Below are positions 18,673 through 26,850 of a DNA stretch of 30,728 bases, in pieces. Numbering within the stretch: the first letter of the stretch is position 1; the number at the start of each line of letters is the position of its first letter. The stretch lies in the IMG/VR virus record IMGVR_UViG_638275546_000001, one strand, 5' to 3'. Position numbers and translations under genes: made by a program. Under the pieces are notes generated by a model, which did no database searches, was not told the DNA's origin, and worked only from the letters and a program-made list of their open reading frames with translations. Source of the stretch: a virus. Lineage: Duplodnaviria > Heunggongvirae > Uroviricota > Caudoviricetes > Peduoviridae.

Positions 18673-21112
18673 CAATGTAAAATTACAGGTATTGCTCAGG
18701 GCTGTTGACCAGGCATCCCGCCCGTTTAAATCCATCCGTACAGCGAGTAAGTCGCTGTCGGGGGATATCCGGGAAACACAAAAATCACTGCGCGAGCTGA
18801 ACGGTCACGCATCCCGTATTGAGGGATTTCGCAAGACCAGCGCACAGCTTGCCGTGACTGGTCATGCACTTGAAAAGGCACGGCAGGAAGCCGAAGCACT
18901 TGCCACACAGTTTAAAAACACTGAACGTCCGACCCGTGCTCAGGCGAAAGTGCTGGAATCCGCAAAGCGTGCGGCGGAGGACTTACAGGCGAAATATAAC
19001 CGCCTGACGGATTCCGTTAAGCGCCAGCAGCGGGAACTGGCCGCTGTGGGAATTAATACCCGCAATCTTGCACATGATGAGCAGGGACTGAAAAACCGTA
19101 TCAGTGAAACCACCGCACAGCTTAACCGGCAGCGTGACGCGCTGGCGCGTGTCAGTGCGCAACAGGCAAAACTTAATGCAGTAAAACAGCGTTATCAGGC
19201 CGGAAAGGAACTGGCCGGAAATATGGCCTCAGTGGGCGCTGCCGGTGTGGGGATTGCGGCGGCGGGAACGATGGCCGGAGTTAAGTTGCTGATGCCCGGT
19301 TATGAGTTTGCGCAGAAAAACTCAGAATTGCAGGCCGTGCTGGGTGTGGCAAAAGACTCCGCCGAAATGACCGCACTACGCAAACAGGCGCGCCAGCTCG
19401 GCGACAATACCGCCGCCTCGGCGGATGATGCGGCCGGTGCACAGATAATCATCGCGAAAGCGGGTGGGGATGTTGATGCCATTCAGGCGGCAACGCCGGT
19501 CACGCTGAATATGGCGCTGGCGAACCGCCGCACGATGGAAGAAAACGCCGCCCTGCTGATGGGGATGAAATCCGCCTTTCAGCTTTCAAACGATAAGGTC
19601 GCTCATATCGGGGATGTTCTCTCCATGACGATGAACAAAACCGCCGCCGATTTTGACGGCATGAGCGATGCGCTGACCTATGCCGCACCTGTGGCAAAAA
19701 ATGCCGGTGTCAGCATTGAAGAAACCGCCGCAATGGTCGGGGCGCTGCATGATGCAAAAATCACAGGCTCAATGGCGGGGACGGGAAGCCGTGCCGTGTT
19801 AAGCCGCCTGCAGGCACCGACGGGAAAAGCATGGGATGCACTCAAAGAGCTTGGAGTGAAAACCTCAGACAGCAAGGGAAACACCCGGCCAATATTTACC
19901 ATTCTGAAAGAAATGCAGGCCAGTTTTGAGAAAAACCGGCTCGGTACTGCCCAGCAGGCTGAATACATGAAAACCATTTTCGGGGAGGAGGCCAGCTCAG
20001 CCGCCGCCGTGCTGATGACTGCCGCCTCAACCGGAAAGCTGGACAAACTGACCGCTGCGTTTAAAGCCTCGGACGGGAAGACCTCAGAGCTGGTAAATAT
20101 TATGCAGGACAATCTCGGCGGTGACTTTAAGGAGTTTCAGTCCGCTTATGAGGCGGTGGGGACTGACCTGTTTGACCAGCAGGAAGGCGCACTGCGTAAG
20201 CTCACGCAGACGGCCACAAAGTATGTGTTAAAACTCGACGGCTGGATACAGAAAAACAAATCACTGGCGTCAACCATCGGCATCATTGCCGGCGGTGCAC
20301 TGGTGCTGACTGGCATCATCGGTGCCATTGGCCTTGTAGCTTGGCCGGTTATCACCGGCATCAATGCCATTATCGCGGCAGCAGGCGCAATGGGGGCAAT
20401 CTTCACGACGGTTGGTAGTGCCGTTATGACGGCCATCGGTGCGATTAGCTGGCCGGTTGTGGCCGTGGTGGCCGCTATTGTCGCCGGGGCGTTACTTATC
20501 CGTAAATACTGGGAGCCTGTCAGCGCATTCTTTGGCGGTGTGGTTGAAGGGCTGAAAGCGGCATTTGCGCCGGTGGGGGAACTGTTCACGCCACTTAAGC
20601 CGCTGTTTGACTGGCTGGGTGAAAAGTTACAGGCCGCGTGGCAGTGGTTTAAAAACCTGATTGCCCCGGTTAAAGCCACCCAGGACACACTGAACCGTTG
20701 CCGTGACACGGGCGTCATGTTCGGGCAGGCACTGGCTGACGCGCTGATGCTGCCGCTTAATGCGTTCAACAAACTGCGCAGCGGTATTGACTGGGTACTG
20801 GAAAAACTCGGTGTTATCAACAAAGAGTCAGACACACTTGACCAGACCGCCGCAAGGACTCATGCCGCCACGTATGGCACCGGTGGTTATATTCCGGCGA
20901 CCAGCTCTTATGCAGGCTATCAGGCTTATCAGCCAGTCACGGCACCGGCTGGCCGCTCTTATGTGGACCAGAGTAAAAACGAATATCACATCAGCCTGAC
21001 GGGTGGTACTGCGCCGGGGACACAGCTTGACCGCCAGTTACAGGATGCGCTCGAAAAATACGAGCGGGATAAACGTGCGCGCGCCCGTGCCAGCATGATG
21101 CATGACGGTTAA
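18665..21112 (+). CDS. T: Tail tape measure protein
   Basis: 815-aa ORF with coiled-coil N-terminal half and Gly/Ala-rich hydrophobic segment; P2 gpT-like. Confidence 0.92.
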   Translation: MSNNVKLQVLLRAVDQASRPFKSIRTASKSLSGDIRETQKSLRELNGHASRIEGFRKTSAQLAVTGHALEKARQEAEALATQFKNTERPTRAQAKVLESAKRAAEDLQAKYNRLTDSVKRQQRELAAVGINTRNLAHDEQGLKNRISETTAQLNRQRDALARVSAQQAKLNAVKQRYQAGKELAGNMASVGAAGVGIAAAGTMAGVKLLMPGYEFAQKNSELQAVLGVAKDSAEMTALRKQARQLGDNTAASADDAAGAQIIIAKAGGDVDAIQAATPVTLNMALANRRTMEENAALLMGMKSAFQLSNDKVAHIGDVLSMTMNKTAADFDGMSDALTYAAPVAKNAGVSIEETAAMVGALHDAKITGSMAGTGSRAVLSRLQAPTGKAWDALKELGVKTSDSKGNTRPIFTILKEMQASFEKNRLGTAQQAEYMKTIFGEEASSAAAVLMTAASTGKLDKLTAAFKASDGKTSELVNIMQDNLGGDFKEFQSAYEAVGTDLFDQQEGALRKLTQTATKYVLKLDGWIQKNKSLASTIGIIAGGALVLTGIIGAIGLVAWPVITGINAIIAAAGAMGAIFTTVGSAVMTAIGAISWPVVAVVAAIVAGALLIRKYWEPVSAFFGGVVEGLKAAFAPVGELFTPLKPLFDWLGEKLQAAWQWFKNLIAPVKATQDTLNRCRDTGVMFGQALADALMLPLNAFNKLRSGIDWVLEKLGVINKESDTLDQTAARTHAATYGTGGYIPATSSYAGYQAYQPVTAPAGRSYVDQSKNEYHISLTGGTAPGTQLDRQLQDALEKYERDKRARARASMMHDG

Positions 21113-21126
21113 GGAGGTGACGAAAA

Positions 21127-21606
21127 ATGATGCTCGCGTTAGGTATGTTTGTTTTTATGCGCCAGACGCTGCCACACCAGACCATGCAGCGTGAATCGGA
21201 TTATCGCTGGCCGTCAAATTCCCGTATCGGTAAACGGGATGCCTTTCAGTTTCTCGGTGTGGGTGAGGAAAACATCACGCTGGCCGGTGTGCTTTATCCC
21301 GAACTGACCGGCGGAAAGCTGACGATGACCACGCTCAGACTGATGGCAGAGGAAGGTCGGGCGTGGCCGTTGCTGGATGGCACCGGCATGATTTACGGCA
21401 TGTATGTCATCAGCAGGGTGAGTGAAACAGGGAGTATTTTCTTTGCAGACGGCACACCCCGGAAAATTGATTTTACGCTGTCGCTCACCCGCGTTGATGA
21501 ATCACTGGCCGCGCTTTATGGCGATATCGGTAAACAGGCGGAATCGCTCATCGGTAAGGCTGGCAGTATGGAGACCAGATTCACGGGTATGACGGGGGCG
21601 GGATAA
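21127..21606 (+). CDS. U: Tail protein U
   Basis: 159-aa ORF preceded by AAGGAGGTGA; P2 gpU-like. Confidence 0.88.
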   Translation: MMLALGMFVFMRQTLPHQTMQRESDYRWPSNSRIGKRDAFQFLGVGEENITLAGVLYPELTGGKLTMTTLRLMAEEGRAWPLLDGTGMIYGMYVISRVSETGSIFFADGTPRKIDFTLSLTRVDESLAALYGDIGKQAESLIGKAGSMETRFTGMTGAG

Positions 21607-22769
21607 TGCTGGATACGCTGACATTTGATGCAGGCAGTACGCTGACGCCGGATTACATGCTGATGCTCGACAGCAGGGATATTACCGGCAATATCAGCGA
21701 TCGACTGATGAGCATGACCCTGACGGATAACCGGGGCTTTGAGGCTGACCAGCTTGATATTGAACTGAACGATGCCGACGGGCAGGTCGGGCTGCCGGTT
21801 CGTGGCGCTGTCCTGACGGTGTATATCGGCTGGAAAGGTTTTGCCCTGGTATGCAAAGGGAAATTTACCGTTGATGAGGTTGAACACCGGGGCGCACCGG
21901 ATGTGGTCACCATCCGCGCCCGGAGTGCAGATTTTCGCGGGACGCTCAATTCCCGCCGTGAAGGCTCCTGGCATGACACCACGCTCGGTGCGATTGTTGA
22001 GGCGATAGCCTCCCGTAACAGGCTGGAAGCCAGTGTCGCTCCGTCACTGGCCGGAATTAAAATCCCGCACATCGACCAGTCGCAGGAGTCTGATGCGAAA
22101 TTCCTGACCCGTCTTGCAGAACGCAACGGCGGTGAGGTGTCGGTAAAAATGGGAAAACTGTTGTTTCTCAAAGCGGGGCAGGGGGTGACGGCCAGCGGTA
22201 AAAAAAACCCGCAGGTCACCATAACCCGCAGCGACGGCGACCGCCATCATTTTGCGATTGCTGACCGTGGAGCCTATACCGGCGTAACGGCAAAGTGGTT
22301 ACACACCAAAGACCCGAAGCCACAAAAGCAGAAGGTAAAACTGAAACGCAAAAAGAAAGAGAAACACCTGCGCGCACTGGAGCACCCGAAAGCGAAACCA
22401 GTCACGCAGAAGAAAGCGCCAAAAGTACCGGAAGCGCGCGAAGGTGAATACATGGCTGGTGAGGCTGACAACGTTTTTGCCCTGACCACGATATATGCCA
22501 CGAAAGCGCAGGCCATGCGCGCCGCTCAGGCGAAGTGGGATAAACTGCAACGGGGCGTTGCGGAGTTCTCCATCAGCCTTGCCACTGGTCGTGCTGATAT
22601 TTACACGGAAACACCGGTCAGAGTGTCAGGCTTTAAGCGCGTCATAGACGAGCAGGACTGGACAATCACTAAGGTGACACATTTTCTGAATAATAGTGGC
22701 TTCACGACGTCCTTAGAGCTTGAGGTCAGGCTTTCTGATGTGGAGTACGAAACAGAAGATGATGATTAA
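21606..22769 (+). CDS. D: Tail protein D (late control D family)
   Basis: 387-aa ORF; P2 gpD-like. Confidence 0.9.
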   Translation: MLDTLTFDAGSTLTPDYMLMLDSRDITGNISDRLMSMTLTDNRGFEADQLDIELNDADGQVGLPVRGAVLTVYIGWKGFALVCKGKFTVDEVEHRGAPDVVTIRARSADFRGTLNSRREGSWHDTTLGAIVEAIASRNRLEASVAPSLAGIKIPHIDQSQESDAKFLTRLAERNGGEVSVKMGKLLFLKAGQGVTASGKKNPQVTITRSDGDRHHFAIADRGAYTGVTAKWLHTKDPKPQKQKVKLKRKKKEKHLRALEHPKAKPVTQKKAPKVPEAREGEYMAGEADNVFALTTIYATKAQAMRAAQAKWDKLQRGVAEFSISLATGRADIYTETPVRVSGFKRVIDEQDWTITKVTHFLNNSGFTTSLELEVRLSDVEYETEDDD

Positions 22770-22849
22770 TGTTTTGTTTTATCTGTTTGTTTTATAAGGA
22801 TAAATTAAATAAAATGGCACCATTAACAAAACCGGAAGAGGTGCTCGCG

Positions 22850-23068
22850 ATGTTTCATTGTCCTTTATGCCAGCATGCCGCACATGCGCGTACAAGCCGC
22901 TATATCACTGACACGACAAAAGAGCGTTATCACCAGTGCCAGAACGTGAATTGCAGCGCCACGTTCATCACTTATGAGTCGGTACAGAGATACATCGTGA
23001 AGCCGGGAGAAGTCCACGCCGTGGGGCCGCACCCGTTGCCGTCAGGGCAGCAAATTATGTGGATGTGA
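22850..23068 (+). CDS. ogr: Late-gene transcriptional activator Ogr (C4 zinc finger)
   Basis: Start at internal ATG of ORF 22769..23068 (MFHCPLCQHAAHARTSRYITDTTKERYHQCQNVNCSATF..., 72 aa); CxxC...CxxxxC zinc-finger motif; recognised as P2 Ogr-like. Confidence 0.88.
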   Translation: MFHCPLCQHAAHARTSRYITDTTKERYHQCQNVNCSATFITYESVQRYIVKPGEVHAVGPHPLPSGQQIMWM

Positions 23069-23078
23069 TCACAAAAAT

Positions 23079-23105
23079 AGCCCCTCAGTCGAGGGGCTTA
23101 TTTAT
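23079..23105 (+). terminator. Rho-independent terminator after ogr
   Basis: AGCCCCTC-agtc-GAGGGGCT stem-loop followed by TATTTAT, about 10 nt after the ogr stop. Confidence 0.7.
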
Positions 23106-23341
23106 GGTCGATGTGGACGCTATGTGGACAGTGGTTGACATAAATCCATTTATATCATCAGGTTAGGTGCTTTTTTGTGACACCATCCCTGTCTTCCCCC
23201 ACATGATGTGGGGGTTTTTTTTATCAATTACTTACATGCAATCAAAAGTAAAAACAGTCACTTATCGAAAGCTGTAAGGGTTTGGAGTGGTTTCAAAATT
23301 TCTTGAGTGTGGACACTATGTGGACACTCAGAGGGGGAAAT
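23106..23341. other. attP: Phage attachment region (attP) with arm-type integrase binding repeats and an IHF-like site
   Basis: Position between ogr and int as in P2; four direct copies of TGTGGAC arranged as two pairs (23112..23129 and 23308..23327); IHF-consensus-like TATCAATTACTTA at 23221..23233; the core crossover sequence could not be identified by eye. Confidence 0.6.
23196..23222 (+). terminator. Strong GC stem-loop with T8 tract inside the attP region
   Basis: CCCCCACA-tga-TGTGGGGG followed by TTTTTTTT. Confidence 0.6.
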
Positions 23342-24322
23342 TTATAACGTCACTCCGCCTTTTAGTGGATTCAGAGCGACGGCATTTTGCAGGTAGTCAG
23401 GCGCAAGGTGCGCATAGGCCATCGTCTGCTGAATGCTCGCATGTCCCAGAATCTGTTGCAGTGCGATTATATTGCCCCCGTTCATCATGAAATGGCTTGC
23501 GAATGTATGCCGCAGGATGTGGGTTGCCTGATTGGGTGGTATATCAGGTTTCACTCTGCGTAAAATCCCGCAAAATTTCTCATAATCAACTTTGAATAAT
23601 TTGGCGCTTGCCTCCTCTTTAACTTTTTTCTCCAGTTCCTCAGAAATCGGCACGGTTCGCTTTTTACCGTTTTTGGTTTTCAGGAAGGTAACCCTGCAAT
23701 TTGTAATCTGTGCTGGTTTTAGCGTGGCAACTTCCGTCCATCTTCCTCCAGTGCTCAGACATAAAAGCGCGACAAGTAAGTCATCACCAGCCAAAACATT
23801 TAACAGTTTTTCGATTTCTGCTTTTTCCAGGAACGTCATTTCAGGGTTGGCCTCCGCCAGTGGCGGCAGTCCGTGAATTGGGTGTTGCCCGGAAAATTCA
23901 TCCAATTGAATTAATTTTGTGAACATGCCGGATAATCGGTACATGTCACGGTTTATCGTTGCGGCACTGATACCATCACGTAGTCGTATGGAACGATAAT
24001 CCATCAAAGCCCTTTTGCTCATCCGGCTCACTGGTATATCACCTATGCCGCTGATGGTTTTGAGTAGATGATTAAACTCTTTTGTTCCATGCTCGTGGTT
24101 TTGCCCGTGATATTTCCACCAGATGTCCAGCAACTCACTCAAAGTTCGGCGGTCTGCTCGCTGGCCTCCCCATTCTTTCTGACTGGCATTGGCGATTGTG
24201 TATCGCTCAAATGCTAGTGCTTCAGCTTTTCTTTCGAATTTCCTGCGGATGCGTTTTCCGTCGCGACCGCGAGGTCTAATGTCCACTTCATAGCGACCAT
24301 CATCGAGCTTCTTAATTGCCAT
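23342..24322 (-). CDS. int: Tyrosine integrase
   Basis: Start at internal ATG (MAIKKLDDGRYEVDIRPRG..., 326 aa) preceded by GGAGGG; C-terminal catalytic region with HxxR and terminal Tyr context (ILGHASIQQTMAYAHL); P2 Int-like. Confidence 0.9.
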   Translation of the reverse strand: MAIKKLDDGRYEVDIRPRGRDGKRIRRKFERKAEALAFERYTIANASQKEWGGQRADRRTLSELLDIWWKYHGQNHEHGTKEFNHLLKTISGIGDIPVSRMSKRALMDYRSIRLRDGISAATINRDMYRLSGMFTKLIQLDEFSGQHPIHGLPPLAEANPEMTFLEKAEIEKLLNVLAGDDLLVALLCLSTGGRWTEVATLKPAQITNCRVTFLKTKNGKKRTVPISEELEKKVKEEASAKLFKVDYEKFCGILRRVKPDIPPNQATHILRHTFASHFMMNGGNIIALQQILGHASIQQTMAYAHLAPDYLQNAVALNPLKGGVTL

Positions 24323-24391
24323 AAGAAAGCCCTCCGGCGCTGTATTCACCATCTTGGTAGCAAATGGTGAAAATGTAATCTTTATATAGAG

Positions 24392-24685
24392 TTAGCCAAT
24401 CCTTTTCGCGGAGTGGTTGGACTCTGTTGACTCTGGCCCAATGTGCGCGAGAGCCGGTGCGATTTGTCCTGCGTCCGGCGCGGTTTTATCTGTCATAAGC
24501 CATAGAGCATATTTTTGGAATGTGGGATGCATAGTGATTTTTAGCAAAGCTGTGCCACCGGGTTCAAAGTTTCCTCCTTCATATTTTTTAAGTGTGCTTA
24601 GCGGTAACTCTATGATTTCACAGAATTTTGATTGGCTTAGCCCTTCAGCCTCACGCAAGGCCTTAATCTTTTCGCTTAATTTCAT
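24392..24685 (-). CDS. C: Immunity repressor C
   Basis: 97-aa ORF with N-terminal HTH-like segment and C-terminal ...GQIAPALAH... segment resembling P2 C; divergent from cox across the switch region. Confidence 0.8.
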   Translation of the reverse strand: MKLSEKIKALREAEGLSQSKFCEIIELPLSTLKKYEGGNFEPGGTALLKITMHPTFQKYALWLMTDKTAPDAGQIAPALAHIGPESTESNHSAKRIG

Positions 24686-24821
24686 TTGACATGGTGACTA
24701 TATAGGGACTAAACTCCCTCAAAACTGGAACCTATATAGGTTACATTGATTTGAGAATAAACCAGCGTCTAAACGGTTTTGAGTGGTTTAGAAAGGGCTG
24801 GATCCTATGAGGGTACCATAT
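24686..24821. promoter_or_regulatory. Lysis/lysogeny switch region (candidate Pe/Pc promoters and operators)
   Basis: Intergenic between divergent C and cox; two TATATA-centred palindromes, tgaCTATATAGgga (24695..24708) and perfect 14-bp AACCTATATAGGTT (24729..24742), centres about 33 bp apart; TTGACA at 24686..24691. Confidence 0.6.
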
Positions 24822-25094
24822 ATGGACGCTGAAAATTATGTGATTCAGTATCCGCTTGATGCGGTTCATGTGGATAAATTTGCTGATTTATTAGGGAAGC
24901 CAAAGACAGCCGTCAGTGAAATGGTGAAGGCAAATAAATTACCAATTATTGAATTGCGTGATCCTTGCAAACTGAAGGCTCGTGCCGGTGAAAAATGGGT
25001 TTTCATTCCTGAGTTTAATCGCGCTGTACGTGAGGCGTTTTATAACCGACCGGTTGAACAGCGTGATGCATGGCTTTTGTGGATGGGGTTGTGA
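24822..25094 (+). CDS. cox: Cox-like excisionase / lytic-switch DNA-binding protein
   Basis: Start at second ATG of ORF 24807..25094 (GAGGG about 8 nt upstream), 90 aa; position and size as P2 Cox, with similar C-terminal ...RDAWLLWMGL. Confidence 0.75.
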   Translation: MDAENYVIQYPLDAVHVDKFADLLGKPKTAVSEMVKANKLPIIELRDPCKLKARAGEKWVFIPEFNRAVREAFYNRPVEQRDAWLLWMGL

Positions 25095-25096
25095 TT

Positions 25097-25267
25097 ATGA
25101 ATGAGCCGCGTTGTATTGCTCAGTTACTGCGTAACGAAAGCCCCAGGGCGATTGACTTCACCATCACCCACGGGAAGGGGCGCAAGGGAATCATTATCCG
25201 CACCAAAAAACAGAGTCCGTTAAAGAAGGCTCTGACCTTTCTGAAAAGCCGGAGGGTATGGAAATGA
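25097..25267 (+). CDS. Small basic hypothetical protein (early operon)
   Basis: ATG directly after cox stop (ORF track extends upstream to 25070); 56 aa, Lys/Arg-rich; overlaps B start. Confidence 0.5.
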   Translation: MNEPRCIAQLLRNESPRAIDFTITHGKGRKGIIIRTKKQSPLKKALTFLKSRRVWK

Positions 25268-25764
25268 CAGTGATGACGCTCAATCTCGTTGAAAAACAGC
25301 CAGCAGCTATGCGCCGGATAATTGGTAAGCATCTTGCCGTCCCTCGCTGGCAGGATACATGTGATTATTATAATCAGATGATGGAGCGCGAACGGTTAAC
25401 GGTTTGCTTTCATGCGCAGTTAAAACAGCGTCACGCAACGATGCGTTTTGAAGAAATGAACGACGTCGAACCCGAACGGCTGGTTTGTGCAATTGATGAA
25501 TTGCGTGGGGCATTCTCAAAACGCCGTCAGGTTGGCGCAAGTGAGTATGCATATATTAGTTTTTTAACAGTCAGTCAGCGTCGTACTTTATTTATGCATG
25601 CCGGATTGACTGAAAAAGAATTCAACCAGCCATACTGGCGAATTAATGAAGAATCATGTTACTGGCGTGATGCTTTATTCCGTGCATTACGTGAATTATT
25701 CAGCCTGTTTGAGTATGCACCGACAATTCTGACGTCGGTAAAACCAGAGCAATATCTGCATTAA
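25264..25764 (+). CDS. B: Replication protein B (helicase-loader-like)
   Basis: Start at ATG 25264 (MTVMTLNLVEKQPAAMRRIIGKH..., 166 aa) with GGAGGG upstream; recognised as P2 gpB-like. Confidence 0.85.
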   Translation: MTVMTLNLVEKQPAAMRRIIGKHLAVPRWQDTCDYYNQMMERERLTVCFHAQLKQRHATMRFEEMNDVEPERLVCAIDELRGAFSKRRQVGASEYAYISFLTVSQRRTLFMHAGLTEKEFNQPYWRINEESCYWRDALFRALRELFSLFEYAPTILTSVKPEQYLH

Positions 25765-25827
25765 ATAATTAACCAGAGTTTTTAACGCACTTAATCGTGC
25801 GGGGCTTCTTTTTGCCTGGAGAAAGTC

Positions 25828-26052
25828 ATGCATACAGTTTCTGAAAATCAGTGCGGTATATACGCATTACTGCTGCAACAGGCCAGAACCGAAGCACAGG
25901 CCGACGCTGCGACGCGCTTTTCTTCTCATCTTGACGCCATGATTCGCCACATCACAAAGGCGGAGTTATCCCGCGTGGAGATAGTCGAGCTGCTCAGTCA
26001 GGTGTCGGAAAAATTTCACAATATCGGATTGTCTCGCGGGGAGGTACTTTGA
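25828..26052 (+). CDS. Hypothetical early protein
   Basis: 74-aa ORF, ATG start, in the conserved early-operon position between B and A. Confidence 0.6.
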   Translation: MHTVSENQCGIYALLLQQARTEAQADAATRFSSHLDAMIRHITKAELSRVEIVELLSQVSEKFHNIGLSRGEVL

Positions 26053-26351
26053 TGTCCTGTTCTCATTCAGTTGTATTACTGAATAACGCCTTAAAAATCG
26101 CCGTTATGGAAAATGGTGATTTGTCTCTTATTCAACTTTGTCTTGATAAAGAAAAACGCGACATAACTGAATCTGTTATCGCGATTTATCAGAATGAATT
26201 AAACCTCCTGTCTGATGTGGTCAATTTACTTGTTAAACGCGCTGTGTTCCACAAGCAAATTTCCTCAGTGGATGAACTGACAAAATTAACGACAGAACTC
26301 GCCAGTTATTGCGCTGATGTATCCAGGAAACTTAACGATAAAAGGAGCTGA
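26052..26351 (+). CDS. Hypothetical early protein
   Basis: ORF track starts at a TTG (26049); first ATG is 26052, overlapping the preceding stop (ATGA); 99 aa. Confidence 0.6.
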   Translation: MSCSHSVVLLNNALKIAVMENGDLSLIQLCLDKEKRDITESVIAIYQNELNLLSDVVNLLVKRAVFHKQISSVDELTKLTTELASYCADVSRKLNDKRS

Positions 26352-26353
26352 TA

Positions 26354-26578
26354 ATGCCGGACAACGTAGATTTTATTCAGGAACAACAGGCTGAATTACT
26401 GGAGCGCCAGATTAACGCGGCAAGGGTAAAACATTGCTGTGCTTCTGCGCTGGTTTGCGAAGAGTGTGATACGCCAATGCCTGCTGCCCGTCGTGCGGCT
26501 TATCCGTCAGCCACGCGTTGTGTTTCCTGCCAGTCAGTCTTTGAAGCAAAAAACAAGCATTACCGGAGAATGGCATGA
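26354..26578 (+). CDS. TraR/DksA-type C4 zinc-finger protein
   Basis: 74-aa ORF with CxxC-N17-CxxC spacing (CEECDTP...CVSCQ) typical of DksA/TraR-family zinc fingers. Confidence 0.7.
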   Translation: MPDNVDFIQEQQAELLERQINAARVKHCCASALVCEECDTPMPAARRAAYPSATRCVSCQSVFEAKNKHYRRMA

Positions 26579-26850
26579 GTATTCGTATTGAAATTGGCGA
26601 ACGTTATGTCGTTACCAGTGACAGCTTTCAGTTTATTCTCCACGAGAAAAAGAGAGCTGAAAGCGGTAAAAACGCCGGTCAGGAATGGCTGGCGGTGGTT
26701 GGTTATTACCCGAAATTAAGCCAGCTCGTTTCCGGCCTGATGCATCACGATATTCTGACCGGAAGCGCAAAGTCTTTTGCTGATTTAAACGCGCAGGTTG
26801 AGCAACTCAGCAGGCGTTGTTCAGAGGCTTTTGGCTCATATGGCCGTTAA
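26575..26850 (+). CDS. Hypothetical early protein
   Basis: 91-aa ORF, ATG overlapping preceding stop; its stop overlaps the A start region. Confidence 0.6.
   Translation: MSIRIEIGERYVVTSDSFQFILHEKKRAESGKNAGQEWLAVVGYYPKLSQLVSGLMHHDILTGSAKSFADLNAQVEQLSRRCSEAFGSYGR

Noticed and set aside
20146-20835. 229-aa minus-strand ORF inside the tape measure gene T
   Set aside because: Antisense to a recognised core gene; Ser/Ala/Pro-rich low-complexity translation typical of spurious ORFs in GC-rich DNA; no RBS context.
21653-22222. 189-aa minus-strand ORF inside D
   Set aside because: Antisense to D; Ser/Arg/Pro-rich; spurious.
23196-23222. tRNA gene or tRNA 3' fragment at the attachment site
   Set aside because: Only a single GC hairpin with a T-tract is present; no cloverleaf arms or CCA-adjacent acceptor stem could be discerned, so it is better described as a terminator-like hairpin.
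23287-23490. 67-aa plus-strand ORF overlapping the attP arm and the int 3' end
   Set aside because: Antisense to int and spanning the arm repeats; no RBS; spurious.
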